Assembly: GCA_964410185.1 (NCBI GenBank)
Contig: CAYPFM010000002.1
Span: 70,047-134,046, forward strand
Source: an uncultured Candidatus Saccharibacteria bacterium
GTDB lineage: Bacteria; Patescibacteriota; Saccharimonadia; Saccharimonadales; JAUPVS01
Length of the DNA stretch: 64,000 nucleotides
Direction of reading: 5' to 3'
The translations under genes were made by a program, and so were the position numbers. The notes under the pieces are model-generated. The model was given only the letters and a program-made list of their open reading frames with translations, was not told where the DNA came from and ran no database searches. This document shows, in pieces, positions 27,128-35,282 of the stretch (position 1 is its first letter; every line of letters starts with the position of its first letter).

Positions 27128-27811
27128 GTGGCGCAAGCGGTTAAAGTGCTGGTGTGGGATTTGGACGGGACGATTACCGATAGTTTTGGTATGTTCGTAG
27201 AGCTGATGCATGAGTTGGCGCCGGCATTTGGTTTGCCGCAGCCCAGCCGTGAGATTATGCTCCAGAACTATCATGGCGGGCTGGCCGATTCGATTCATGC
27301 CAGCCTGGGCGGTGCATTGTCGGAAGCGCAGCTGGAAGAGTTTGTCGCCAAATTCTTAGATAAGCAGCAAGGGCACTACGAAGTCGTTGAAACCTGTCTA
27401 TTAGAAGATGCACTCGACCTGGCCAAACGCGCTACCCAGCAGGGCTTGAAACAAGTCATTGTCACCAATCGTGATCATGCCGGCCGTGGCAAAGCCAGCC
27501 CACGGCACATTGTCTCCAGCTCTTCGCTCAAAGACCATATTCACGAAGTTATTTGTGGTGATGAAGCTCAGGGCTTCCGCAAACCCGACCCTAAAGTGCT
27601 CGGCAATTTACTGGAGCGGTGGGGCGTTACGCCCGCTGATGTCCTGGTGATTGGCGACCAGCATGTTGATGCACAACTGGCCTTAAATCTGGGCAGTAAA
27701 GCCGTTTTGGTTATCCGTGACGGCTCAGAATTCGCCCAGGCACACAAGCTCGACAAAAACTGGCAGGAGCATGTGACGATCGTGGAAAGTCTCAAAGACG
27801 TCTTGCTATAA
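27128..27811 (+). CDS. HAD superfamily hydrolase (phosphoglycolate-phosphatase-like)
   Basis: 227 aa, GTG start. Motif I VWDLDGTITDS, motif II VTNR, motif III/IV K...VIGDQHVD. Confidence 0.8.
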   Translation: MAQAVKVLVWDLDGTITDSFGMFVELMHELAPAFGLPQPSREIMLQNYHGGLADSIHASLGGALSEAQLEEFVAKFLDKQQGHYEVVETCLLEDALDLAKRATQQGLKQVIVTNRDHAGRGKASPRHIVSSSSLKDHIHEVICGDEAQGFRKPDPKVLGNLLERWGVTPADVLVIGDQHVDAQLALNLGSKAVLVIRDGSEFAQAHKLDKNWQEHVTIVESLKDVLL

Positions 27812-27813
27812 AG

Positions 27814-27822
27814 TGCTACAAT
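27814..27822 (+). promoter_or_regulatory. extended -10 box TGCTACAAT; 7 nt before ATG 27830
   Basis: agTGCTACAATtattgagATG. Confidence 0.55.
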
Positions 27823-27829
27823 TATTGAG

Positions 27830-28363
27830 ATGAAATTCTTACTATTGGTTGGTTCGGGCGATGTTGCCTCTCATTCCTACGGCTTAGGCAAGGCGATTCA
27901 GGCACAATTGATAGCCGACGGTGCCGAGTGCGAGCTGATTAATCTATCCGAGTATGGCTTGCCGCTGTACACGCGGGGCGTGGAACGTGACAAAAAGTGG
28001 GATAACAAAACCCAGGCATTCCTCGATAAAAGTTATGCTGCCGATGGCTTTGTGTGGGTGACACCCATCTATCACAATAGCTTCAGCGGTATCCTTAAAA
28101 ATGCCTTGGATTGGCAGCATTCAAAGTTCCCAGATAAAGTAGTTGGTTTCGCTAGTAACGGCGGCAACCGCAGCCCGCAAGCGGTGGATCAGCTTATGTT
28201 GGTTGCTCGAGCCCAACACCTGCACAGCGCACGGGTTCGTATTTGCACCCAAGAAAGTGACTTCGATGATGACAAGCAACTAACCGAGCCGGCCATGTTA
28301 GCCCGCACCAAAGAATTTTGCGACGAATTGGTAAGTCTGGCCAAAAAGGCGGGGAAGTCATGA
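27830..28363 (+). CDS. NAD(P)H-dependent FMN reductase family flavoprotein
   Basis: 177 aa. Flavodoxin-like; VWVTPIYHNSFSGILKNALDW is typical of the family. Confidence 0.8.
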   Translation: MKFLLLVGSGDVASHSYGLGKAIQAQLIADGAECELINLSEYGLPLYTRGVERDKKWDNKTQAFLDKSYAADGFVWVTPIYHNSFSGILKNALDWQHSKFPDKVVGFASNGGNRSPQAVDQLMLVARAQHLHSARVRICTQESDFDDDKQLTEPAMLARTKEFCDELVSLAKKAGKS

Positions 28364-28845
28364 ACCAGGGCCTTGAAAACGTCGAAAAAACCATCAGGGA
28401 TTACCTCCCAACTATTATTCATATGTCCTTGGCCACCAGCGCGAACAACAGGCCATGGGTCTGCGAAGTGCACTTTTACTACGACGATGACCTAAATATC
28501 TACTTCCGCTCCGAAACCGGCCGCCGCCACAGCCAGGAAATTGCTCAAAACCCGCGGGTGGCAGGTAATATCGTCAGCCAGCACGGTAAGAGCGATAAGC
28601 CCCGCGGCATCTATTTTGAAGGCACCGCCGAGCATCTCGAGAACGTTGATGAAAATCACCCAGCCTACCTCATGGCAGTGCGCCGTTTCGAGATGGGTCC
28701 AGAAATTCTTGAAAAAGCCAGTCGCCCAGATGGCACTCACTTTTACAAAATCACCGTCTCTGACTTTTATGTTTTCGACGCCCGTGAGTCCCAACCTGGC
28801 CGCAAGTACCACCTGCCTTGGGCAAGTAACTCCGGCTACAAGTAA
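28360..28845 (+). CDS. pyridoxamine 5'-phosphate oxidase-like FMN-binding protein
   Basis: ATGA overlap start at 28360 (MNQGLENVEKTIRDYL). MSLATSANNRPWVCEVHFYYD...IYFRS split-barrel pattern. Confidence 0.75.
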   Translation: MNQGLENVEKTIRDYLPTIIHMSLATSANNRPWVCEVHFYYDDDLNIYFRSETGRRHSQEIAQNPRVAGNIVSQHGKSDKPRGIYFEGTAEHLENVDENHPAYLMAVRRFEMGPEILEKASRPDGTHFYKITVSDFYVFDARESQPGRKYHLPWASNSGYK

Positions 28846-29279
28846 TTGAATATTTTTGGTGCCACAATCTGATCAAGCTCGGCAAAAGACTCGCGGCTCA
28901 AAAACTCCGGCAACACCGTTTCTTTGGCGGCATCGATAAAACCAAGCTTCGCAATCTCTTTTTGGCCATGGCTGGTTTTTGAGAGGTCGATTGCCAAGTA
29001 GTCAGCGGCGTTTTCGATTAGAAAGAAGAACTCCATTTGTTCCTGGCCGTGCCACTTAAATTGCTGTACGTAGAGCAATCGGCCAACGCGGGCAGCAATC
29101 CCGGTTTCTTCAATCATTTCACGTTCCAGGGCAGGGATGAGGCCTTCACCAGGATCGACACCACCACCGGGCACACTCCAAAAGTCGACCGCCGGCTTGC
29201 CGTCGTAGGCACCCAACTGGAAGCACAGCAACTTACTGTTGTGCACGACAATTCCACGGACGGCGACGCGACGATTCAT
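28836..29279 (-). CDS. Nudix hydrolase
   Basis: Nudix box GGGVDPGEGLIPALEREMIEETG. Start chosen at ATG 29279 (MNRRVAVRGIVV), 6 nt after a TATACT -10 box. Confidence 0.8.
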   Translation of the reverse strand: MNRRVAVRGIVVHNSKLLCFQLGAYDGKPAVDFWSVPGGGVDPGEGLIPALEREMIEETGIAARVGRLLYVQQFKWHGQEQMEFFFLIENAADYLAIDLSKTSHGQKEIAKLGFIDAAKETVLPEFLSRESFAELDQIVAPKIFNYL

Positions 29280-29285
29280 ATAGCA

Positions 29286-29291
29286 AGTATA
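29286..29291 (-). promoter_or_regulatory. -10 box TATACT; 6 nt before ATG 29279 (Nudix)
   Basis: The minus strand reads gagTATACTtgctatATG. Confidence 0.5.
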
Positions 29292-29294
29292 CTC

Positions 29295-29303
29295 TGTTAT
29301 GAT
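29295..29303 (+). promoter_or_regulatory. extended -10 box TGTTATGAT; 9 nt before ATG 29313
   Basis: cTGTTATGATtggttcagtATG. Back-to-back with the Nudix promoter in a 33-bp gap. Confidence 0.5.
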
Positions 29304-29312
29304 TGGTTCAGT

Positions 29313-30152
29313 ATGAAAAATATTGAATGGCAAGTCGTGGATCAAGTGCTTGATACTTTACATCCGGCCGAGGGCGGCTACACCTCGGCGTTGAGGGGGA
29401 CGGTCGAGTTGCCGGACGGTGATCAGGCATTTGTTAAGATTGCCCAAACCGAGGACGAAAAAAACTGGATCAACAAAGAGCGTCAGGTTTATAATTGGCT
29501 GGCTAAACAATCATATTCTGCTATCCCGGAACTCATTGCGGAAAATGATGGTGGTATGTTGCTTGCCGATTTGTCACATCTTGACTGGTCGCCGACATGG
29601 ACTGAGCAAAAGCTCGATCTGGCAATCTCGGCTCTAGAGGATTTGGCTAGTCTATCTGAGCCAGCTCAACAGCAGCCGTTTTTCACCTCAAGCCTAATGG
29701 ATCTTCCCAACGGTTGGCAGGAACTTGCCGCTAGTGGAAAAACGACCGACCTCGTCTCACCAAGTCAGGTGGCCACCTTCGCCCAACAAACAGCAGACTT
29801 TGACACTGGCGGCAATACTTTGATCCACGGTGACATCAGGAGCGACAATCTAGCTTATGATGCGGAGAATAACAAAGTCTATATTGTCGACTGGAACTGG
29901 GCGGAAATTGGTAGTGTATCGTTAGATCTGACAGCGTTCCTGGTTAGCGTGAAAAAAAGTGGTTTTGATATTCCAGACAGACACCGGCATCTAATCAGCG
30001 CCGATGATGCGTTATTTTTGGCTGGCTTCTGGCTGTATTCTGGCAACCAGCCACCACCACGTGACGACGATAGAGCGCGCCAGCTCCGCATCATGCAACT
30101 TGAAAGTGCCAAAGTCGCTTTACAGTTTTACAACCAACTGCAAACTTTGTAA
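29313..30152 (+). CDS. phosphotransferase enzyme family protein (aminoglycoside/choline-kinase-like)
   Basis: Start at in-frame ATG 29313. LIHGDIRSDNLAY (HGDxxxxN) and YIVDWNWA (DW). The longer 29037 ORF runs antisense through the Nudix gene. Confidence 0.7.
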   Translation: MKNIEWQVVDQVLDTLHPAEGGYTSALRGTVELPDGDQAFVKIAQTEDEKNWINKERQVYNWLAKQSYSAIPELIAENDGGMLLADLSHLDWSPTWTEQKLDLAISALEDLASLSEPAQQQPFFTSSLMDLPNGWQELAASGKTTDLVSPSQVATFAQQTADFDTGGNTLIHGDIRSDNLAYDAENNKVYIVDWNWAEIGSVSLDLTAFLVSVKKSGFDIPDRHRHLISADDALFLAGFWLYSGNQPPPRDDDRARQLRIMQLESAKVALQFYNQLQTL

Positions 30153-30159
30153 TTAGGCG

Positions 30160-30168
30160 TGCTATCAT
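30160..30168 (+). promoter_or_regulatory. extended -10 box TGCTATCAT; 6 nt before ATG 30175 (rnhA)
   Basis: gTGCTATCATtaatcgATG. Confidence 0.5.
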
Positions 30169-30174
30169 TAATCG

Positions 30175-30600
30175 ATGATTACGTACTATACAGATGGTAG
30201 CTGTGAGCCCAATCCTGGTACCGGCGGCTTCGCGGTTATAAAAGAGATGAAGCCAGCCGTTCTGGGCGGGGAATTCGATACCACCAACATCCGCATGGAA
30301 GGCTTTGCCATCATCGCCGCCCTAAAAGATGCCAATGGCGAAGACTGCCAAATCTACAGCGACAGCGAATTCTGGATTAAGGTGATTACCGTTTGGTCAC
30401 TGCCGTGGGAGGCGAATGGTTGGAAAAAAAAGGGCGGTCCAATTAAGAACCTCGATATCGTCCAAGAAGTCGTGCCCTTGTATCGCAAGTCACGTGCCGA
30501 ACTTATCTGGGTACGTGGCCACAACAATGACCCCGGCAATGAACTGGCTGACGAATGGGCCAACAAAGCCCGCCAACAACAGCTCGCCAAGAAGAAGTAA
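30175..30600 (+). CDS. rnhA: ribonuclease HI
   Basis: 141 aa. YTDGSCEPNPGTGGFAV, E in RMEGFAI, YSDSEF, GHNNDPGNELADEWA. Confidence 0.9.
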   Translation: MITYYTDGSCEPNPGTGGFAVIKEMKPAVLGGEFDTTNIRMEGFAIIAALKDANGEDCQIYSDSEFWIKVITVWSLPWEANGWKKKGGPIKNLDIVQEVVPLYRKSRAELIWVRGHNNDPGNELADEWANKARQQQLAKKK

Positions 30601-30605
30601 CAGCG

Positions 30606-31028
30606 ATGTTTAAGCCCGACTTAACACCGCAACAAATGTTGGAGCTGGGCGTTTTTGGCGGTGCTTACTTCTCGGAGGAGGACCGGCAGGAATTCCCCAA
30701 AGAATGGTTTGCTAAGGCACGACTGAGCGACCATGGACCTGATCCAGAGTGCAATTACTTCGGTGTTATGGCCAGCCAACCCCATAGCGTCTGGTTACAG
30801 AAAGGCTGGATCAATGAAGTTGATCCACTGGGCTGGTTCCAGTGGTATTGCCGCTACTATCAGGGCCGCCGCCTACCACAAGAAGACGAGCGCCAGATTA
30901 AGCGCTGGAAGGCCATGACCCGACACGTCTCCCAAGTTAAAAATGCCTGTCACCCAGGCGATGCTACCTGTCACACCAAACAACGCCAGGCCTTGCTGCA
31001 CTGGGCCTACGACAGCCGCAGCCTATAA
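30606..31028 (+). CDS. conserved-looking hypothetical protein (Trp/Arg-rich GWFQWYCRYYQGRR motif)
   Basis: Start at ATG 30606, 6 nt after the rnhA stop. No family name recognised. Confidence 0.5.
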   Translation: MFKPDLTPQQMLELGVFGGAYFSEEDRQEFPKEWFAKARLSDHGPDPECNYFGVMASQPHSVWLQKGWINEVDPLGWFQWYCRYYQGRRLPQEDERQIKRWKAMTRHVSQVKNACHPGDATCHTKQRQALLHWAYDSRSL

Positions 31029-31082
31029 AACACCAAATCGCTACTGCTTGCACCCAACCACAGGGGCGGCTAAGCTAGGAGG

Positions 31083-31871
31083 ATGTCTGATATTAAAGAA
31101 ATTGGTAGCTACCAAGCGGTCGCCCTGGGCTTCGAGGACGTATTGGCCAATTGCGCAGAAGCCAAGCAGCAAGCGAACAGGGATGCCTTTAAGCTATTTG
31201 CCACCAGCCAAGACGTTTTTGATAGTCGGTTTATGAACATTGCCGAAAGCGTACACAACGCAGCGAAGGCCCAAAATCTTGGTGAAGCCGAGACAATTGC
31301 TTGGACATTGGCACAGGCCTGCATTATCGACGACGAAGCAGATATCGAGGATACCTATGTAACAGGGGTTCTGGCCTGCAAGCAGCAAGCCTATAATGAT
31401 GTCGAAAATCGTGGTTTGCCCGAAATTGGCGGAATGAGTCTACTTGTTCGGGCTCTCGATCGGCAGCTGTCGAAAAGAGTAGGCATTGTGTCTGTCGCAC
31501 CGGTGGGGGTCATAAAAGCCTTTCTACGCCACAGTAATCTTGATGATATTATTTCCTGTAGTCATATATTTGCTGCAGACGATGAGGACGAGACGTGTGC
31601 GGCGCCGAACCCAGAACAGTACATTAACGCCGGCAATCAGCTTAAAATCGATTCCCCCGAGGGTCTACTGGTCATAGATAGCTCACCAGAGGCATTAATT
31701 GCCGCTAAGAAGGCTGGCGCCACCGTTGTGGGTATTCTGAACGGCCAGCCTCGGACGACATGGGAAACACTTGAAGCCCACCAGTTTGCGCCAGACTTCA
31801 TTGACACAAACCACCTGGAATTAAGTAGACAGCTTGGCATTCCAGCACCTCGTGCCAGTAAGCTACCGTAG
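31083..31871 (+). CDS. HAD-like protein with degenerate motif I
   Basis: 262 aa. The C-terminal LLVIDSSPEALIAAKKAGATVVGI matches HAD motifs III/IV. The N-terminal VALGFEDVL replaces the DxDGT nucleophile motif. Confidence 0.45.
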   Translation: MSDIKEIGSYQAVALGFEDVLANCAEAKQQANRDAFKLFATSQDVFDSRFMNIAESVHNAAKAQNLGEAETIAWTLAQACIIDDEADIEDTYVTGVLACKQQAYNDVENRGLPEIGGMSLLVRALDRQLSKRVGIVSVAPVGVIKAFLRHSNLDDIISCSHIFAADDEDETCAAPNPEQYINAGNQLKIDSPEGLLVIDSSPEALIAAKKAGATVVGILNGQPRTTWETLEAHQFAPDFIDTNHLELSRQLGIPAPRASKLP

Positions 31872-32516
31872 AATATTGACGGCTCGAGCCGCCACCAGAG
31901 CAATGGTTGCAAGTGACGTAAAGGCCTGGATAGACATCAGGAGTTTAGCGCGGTAGGTGAGCGGCATGGCATCAGTCGGGCTGAAAGCCGTGGCGTTGGT
32001 GATGGATACATATAAGTAGTCAAAAAAGGTCGGCGTCCAGTTGGGCTGCTTGGTCTCTTTCTCGTTACTCGACATTTGGGGGAAGAGGAAGTCGCGCACA
32101 CCGTCGGGCGCGCCCTTCGTGCTGCGGCCATCGAGCTCCCAGTACAGCAAACCAAAAACAATTACGTTAGTGGCATAAATAATCAGTGCGGAGTAAATAA
32201 GTTGATGGCCATCCTTGGCCGTGCCATTCAAAAGGGAATCACTCACCAATATCAGCGAAGCGATGTTGGTAACAGTAATGAGCAGGAGCAGCAGGATCGA
32301 GAATAGCCGCCGCAGCACGGCATGACTGGGGCGGTGCTTGCGGCCGCTCGGTAAGCTGATGGCAATTAACAGCAGTGCTTCAAATATCGGTAAGGCGTAG
32401 TGTGGCCCGACGACGTATTCGCCTGGCAGGAACACCTGCACAAAAATGGCCACCAAAATCGCTGCTTGGACGTGCCAGATAGGCTCATCCCGCCGATGTA
32501 TTTTGGCTAACTTCAT
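31863..32516 (-). CDS. integral membrane protein, DUF1345-like
   Basis: Start chosen at ATG 32516 (MKLAKIHRR), 6 nt after a TATAAT box that lies inside the longer GTG-initiated ORF. 5-6 TM helices; FFDYLYVSITNATAFSPTD motif. Confidence 0.55.
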   Translation of the reverse strand: MKLAKIHRRDEPIWHVQAAILVAIFVQVFLPGEYVVGPHYALPIFEALLLIAISLPSGRKHRPSHAVLRRLFSILLLLLITVTNIASLILVSDSLLNGTAKDGHQLIYSALIIYATNVIVFGLLYWELDGRSTKGAPDGVRDFLFPQMSSNEKETKQPNWTPTFFDYLYVSITNATAFSPTDAMPLTYRAKLLMSIQAFTSLATIALVAARAVNILR

Positions 32517-32522
32517 ACCATC

Positions 32523-32528
32523 ATTATA
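32523..32528 (-). promoter_or_regulatory. -10 box TATAAT; 6 nt before ATG 32516
   Basis: The minus strand reads gcgcTATAATgatggtATGaag. Confidence 0.5.
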
Positions 32529-32583
32529 GCGCACGTAAGCGTTTTGCCCACTGCTCGGCGATAATCTGCTAAAGTAGAGGCAT

Positions 32584-33840
32584 ATGGCGACGCCAATCTT
32601 TCCGAAAAACTTCTACTGGGGGGCCAGCACGGCCGCGCACCAAGTCGAAGGAGGCCTTCACAACGACTGGACGGTTTGGGAGCTGGCGCACGCCAAGCAA
32701 CTGGCCAAAGGTGCCTCACATAAATTAAGTTGGCTCAACAACTGGGCGGACATCAAGTCTCAGGCCGAAAACCCAGCCAACTACGTTTCCGGCGAAGGGG
32801 TGGATCACTATAATCGCTACAAAGAAGATTTTGATATCATCGGCCAGCTGAATATGAACGCCCTGCGGTTTGGTATTGAGTGGGCCCGCCTCGAACCAGA
32901 AGAGGGGCAGTGGGATGAAGCAGTCCTGCAACACTATCGTGACTACCTGCAACAACTACGGGCTCGTAATATCGAACCTTTCCTTAACATCTGGCACTGG
33001 ACAGTGCCGGTTTGGTTTGAAGAAAAAGGGGCCTTCACTAAAAAGGCTAACCTCGACTACTTCTTGCGCTTTGTCCAAAAAATATCGGACGAACTCGGCG
33101 CAGATCTTAACCACATCCTCACACTCAATGAGCCCAATGTGTACTCCAGTATGGGCTACCTAACGGCCGACCGACCACCGTTCGAAAAGAGTCCCTGGAA
33201 GGCACTCATATCCTACCGAAACCTTGCCAAAGCCCACAAGCGAGCTTACACGCTCCTCAAACAAGCCCACCCACACCTCCAGGTCGGCATGGCTGTGCAG
33301 CTAGGTAATATTCAAGCCAAGCGCGGCCACAGCTTCTTTGACGTTCTGACTACGCGCGTCATGCGGTATGCCTGGAACTGGTGGTTTTTGCGTCGTATCC
33401 GGAATCATCAAGACTTTGTTGGCGTTAACTACTATTTCACCGACTACTACCAGAACTTCAAGCGTCATAACCCCAAGGCTCCACTCAACGACCTGGGCTG
33501 GTATATGGAACCCGAAGGTATTTATCCCTTGTTGTTGCGCACTTGGGCACACTTTAAGAAGCCGATTATTATTACCGAGAACGGTGTGGCAGACGCGCAT
33601 GACCAGTATCGCCGTTGGTGGATTGAAGAAACGGTGATTGCCATGGAGCGGGCTCTCAGCGAAGGCGTTGACCTGCGTGGCTATTTCCACTGGAGTCTCC
33701 TTGATAACTTCGAGTGGGAATCGGGCTGGTGGCCAAAGTTTGGCTTGGTCGAAGTAGACCGAGAACACGGCATGAAACGAACCATTCGCCCGAGCGCCAA
33801 ATGGTTCGGGGACCTTATTAAACAGTTGCGCCAACTCTAG
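32584..33840 (+). CDS. glycoside hydrolase family 1 beta-glucosidase
   Basis: 418 aa. FYWGASTAAHQVEG, acid/base TLNEPN, nucleophile ITENG, WSLLDNFEW. Confidence 0.92.
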   Translation: MATPIFPKNFYWGASTAAHQVEGGLHNDWTVWELAHAKQLAKGASHKLSWLNNWADIKSQAENPANYVSGEGVDHYNRYKEDFDIIGQLNMNALRFGIEWARLEPEEGQWDEAVLQHYRDYLQQLRARNIEPFLNIWHWTVPVWFEEKGAFTKKANLDYFLRFVQKISDELGADLNHILTLNEPNVYSSMGYLTADRPPFEKSPWKALISYRNLAKAHKRAYTLLKQAHPHLQVGMAVQLGNIQAKRGHSFFDVLTTRVMRYAWNWWFLRRIRNHQDFVGVNYYFTDYYQNFKRHNPKAPLNDLGWYMEPEGIYPLLLRTWAHFKKPIIITENGVADAHDQYRRWWIEETVIAMERALSEGVDLRGYFHWSLLDNFEWESGWWPKFGLVEVDREHGMKRTIRPSAKWFGDLIKQLRQL

Positions 33841-33857
33841 CAAACCACCCGATATAG

Positions 33858-33886
33858 TTGACATTTTACAAAGCTTATGCTATTAT
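33858..33886 (+). promoter_or_regulatory. promoter TTGACA-N17-(TGC)TATTAT; 9 nt before ATG 33896; third member of the shared-promoter family
   Basis: TTGACAttttaCAAAGCTTATGCTATTATGcttacatcATG. Confidence 0.6.
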
Positions 33887-33895
33887 GCTTACATC

Positions 33896-34381
33896 ATGAA
33901 AGATAACCAACAATCAATCGCTCGCCAAATCGTAGAAGTTAATCAGCCACTTCCTGGTCTTGACAGTAAAGCTGATCGCAAACGCCGCCACGATCGCATG
34001 AACGCCCAACTATCGCTGCCAGGCAAGGCCTTGCTTTTAGGAACAGGTACGTTGGCATTACTCGGCCTTGGTGCTGAAATGCGACACCAAGATGATGTGC
34101 AAGCTAAACAGCCGGTTGAGTTTGTCTCCCACGAGGCACCCCGACAGGTTGACCCAAGCCAGATTAGTACCGTCGAAGTTACCCCAGCAACAACTATTGT
34201 TACTGTCGGCGAGGGCCAGGGCCCTTACCAGGTCGTTACCGGCGCGGTTGAGCAGGGAATCGTAGCTCCCGAAGATGCACCAGCTGCCATTAATGACGTA
34301 CAGAATCAGTACAATCATATGCCTGACGGTCAAGCACATCCCAACGATACTGTTTCAGTTCAAGTTAGCCCTAAACACTAA
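33896..34381 (+). CDS. hypothetical membrane-anchored protein
   Basis: 161 aa. Basic N-terminus, TM segment ALLLGTGTLALLGLGA. No recognisable domain. Confidence 0.5.
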   Translation: MKDNQQSIARQIVEVNQPLPGLDSKADRKRRHDRMNAQLSLPGKALLLGTGTLALLGLGAEMRHQDDVQAKQPVEFVSHEAPRQVDPSQISTVEVTPATTIVTVGEGQGPYQVVTGAVEQGIVAPEDAPAAINDVQNQYNHMPDGQAHPNDTVSVQVSPKH

Positions 34382-34402
34382 CGATTTCCTAAATACCCAA
34401 TC

Positions 34403-34431
34403 AATACACCACATGTGTGGTGTATTTTTTT
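34403..34431 (+). terminator. rho-independent terminator
   Basis: AATACACCACA-TG-TGTGGTGTATT followed by a T run. Confidence 0.75.
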
Positions 34432-34445
34432 GCCCATGACACAAC

Positions 34446-34454
34446 TGTGGATAA
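34446..34454 (-). promoter_or_regulatory. perfect DnaA-box 9-mer (TTATCCACA on the minus strand) upstream of the mraZ promoter
   Basis: The + strand reads cTGTGGATAAc. One of four identical CTGTGGATAA 10-mers in the window. Confidence 0.5.
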
Positions 34455-34496
34455 CTTGGGACACTTTCTCTATAAAAGGGAAGAAAAGGGGTTGTA

Positions 34497-34544
34497 GTGG
34501 GTAGCTGTGGGTAGTATATTCAAACCAGTGGGTAAAAGTGGGTA
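34497..34544 (+). promoter_or_regulatory. putative MraZ operator: four direct GTGGGTA repeats (34497, 34507, 34528, 34538)
   Basis: taGTGGGTAgctGTGGGTAgtatattcaaaccaGTGGGTAaaaGTGGGTAag. Spacings are 10/21/10 nt. A TATATT -10 candidate lies between the two pairs. The site is 76 nt upstream of the mraZ start. Confidence 0.7.
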
Positions 34545-34619
34545 AGACAAAAGAGTCTTAGCCATCCACAAAACAAACACACAATTTATCGGTTCAACGA
34601 GAGGAACCTGGGACAATAA

Positions 34620-34970
34620 GTGGATTATTTCGAAAGAAAACTTGACGACAAGCGGAGACTGACTATTCCAGTCGAACTGCGTCACGAATTCTTATCCGGA
34701 GTAGTCGTAACCAGGGGATTTAAGAACTACCTGCATCTGTATCCAAAAGATGTATGGGATCAGTTAGTTGAACCAAAGCTTCAGGGGAATATCCTGGATG
34801 AGCTAACCGCCGATCTAAACGTGCAGTTTAGGATGGGAAAGAGTGATAGCGAGCTCGACCAAAAACAGGGTCGCATCACACTTGAACAGCACTTGCTGGA
34901 CTACGCAGGCATAACCCAAGGGGTTGTTGCAGTCCGAGCTGGACGGTACTGGCGAATCCAAGCCGCTTGA
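34620..34970 (+). CDS. mraZ: transcriptional regulator MraZ (short, two SpoVT/AbrB-like repeats)
   Basis: 116 aa, GTG start. LDDKRRLTIPVELR and LDQKQGRITLEQHLLDYAGI are the duplicated DxxGR motifs. First gene of the dcw cluster. Confidence 0.85.
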   Translation: MDYFERKLDDKRRLTIPVELRHEFLSGVVVTRGFKNYLHLYPKDVWDQLVEPKLQGNILDELTADLNVQFRMGKSDSELDQKQGRITLEQHLLDYAGITQGVVAVRAGRYWRIQAA

Positions 34971-35260
34971 TCATTGTTGTTTGTTGAACCTTAACAAATA
35001 ATTAGCACGAGAAAAAACACTCGAGATTAGCTAATTGATAGTCAACAAGTGATCAAAGGCCCACTATAAAAGGTCTTCGTTCTTTTATCAAAACACCTCC
35101 CAAAACTCCACCTCACACATAAGTCTCTCAAACGGTTATTTAGAAAATGCAAATAGGTCAAACTATTCAAACGTTTTTCAAATAACAGCTACAAAAACAA
35201 AAAGGCTCGAAACAAAAACAAAAAAGTTGGCTATCAATTAGGTGATCTTGCCAAAAACAA

Positions 35261-35279
35261 ACACCAAAACAAAAACAAA
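35261..35279 (+). repeat. A/C-rich 19-mer ACACCAAAACAAAAACAAA, 3 nt before the rsmH ATG
   Basis: An identical 19-mer recurs at 36285-36303 before ftsL. Confidence 0.85.
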
Positions 35280-35282
35280 ACG

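Noticed and set aside
29037-29312. 92-codon N-terminal extension of the phosphotransferase ORF (track start 29037).
   Set aside because: It runs antisense through the Nudix gene. A TGTTATGAT box 9 nt before the internal ATG 29313 gives a normal-length kinase-like protein.
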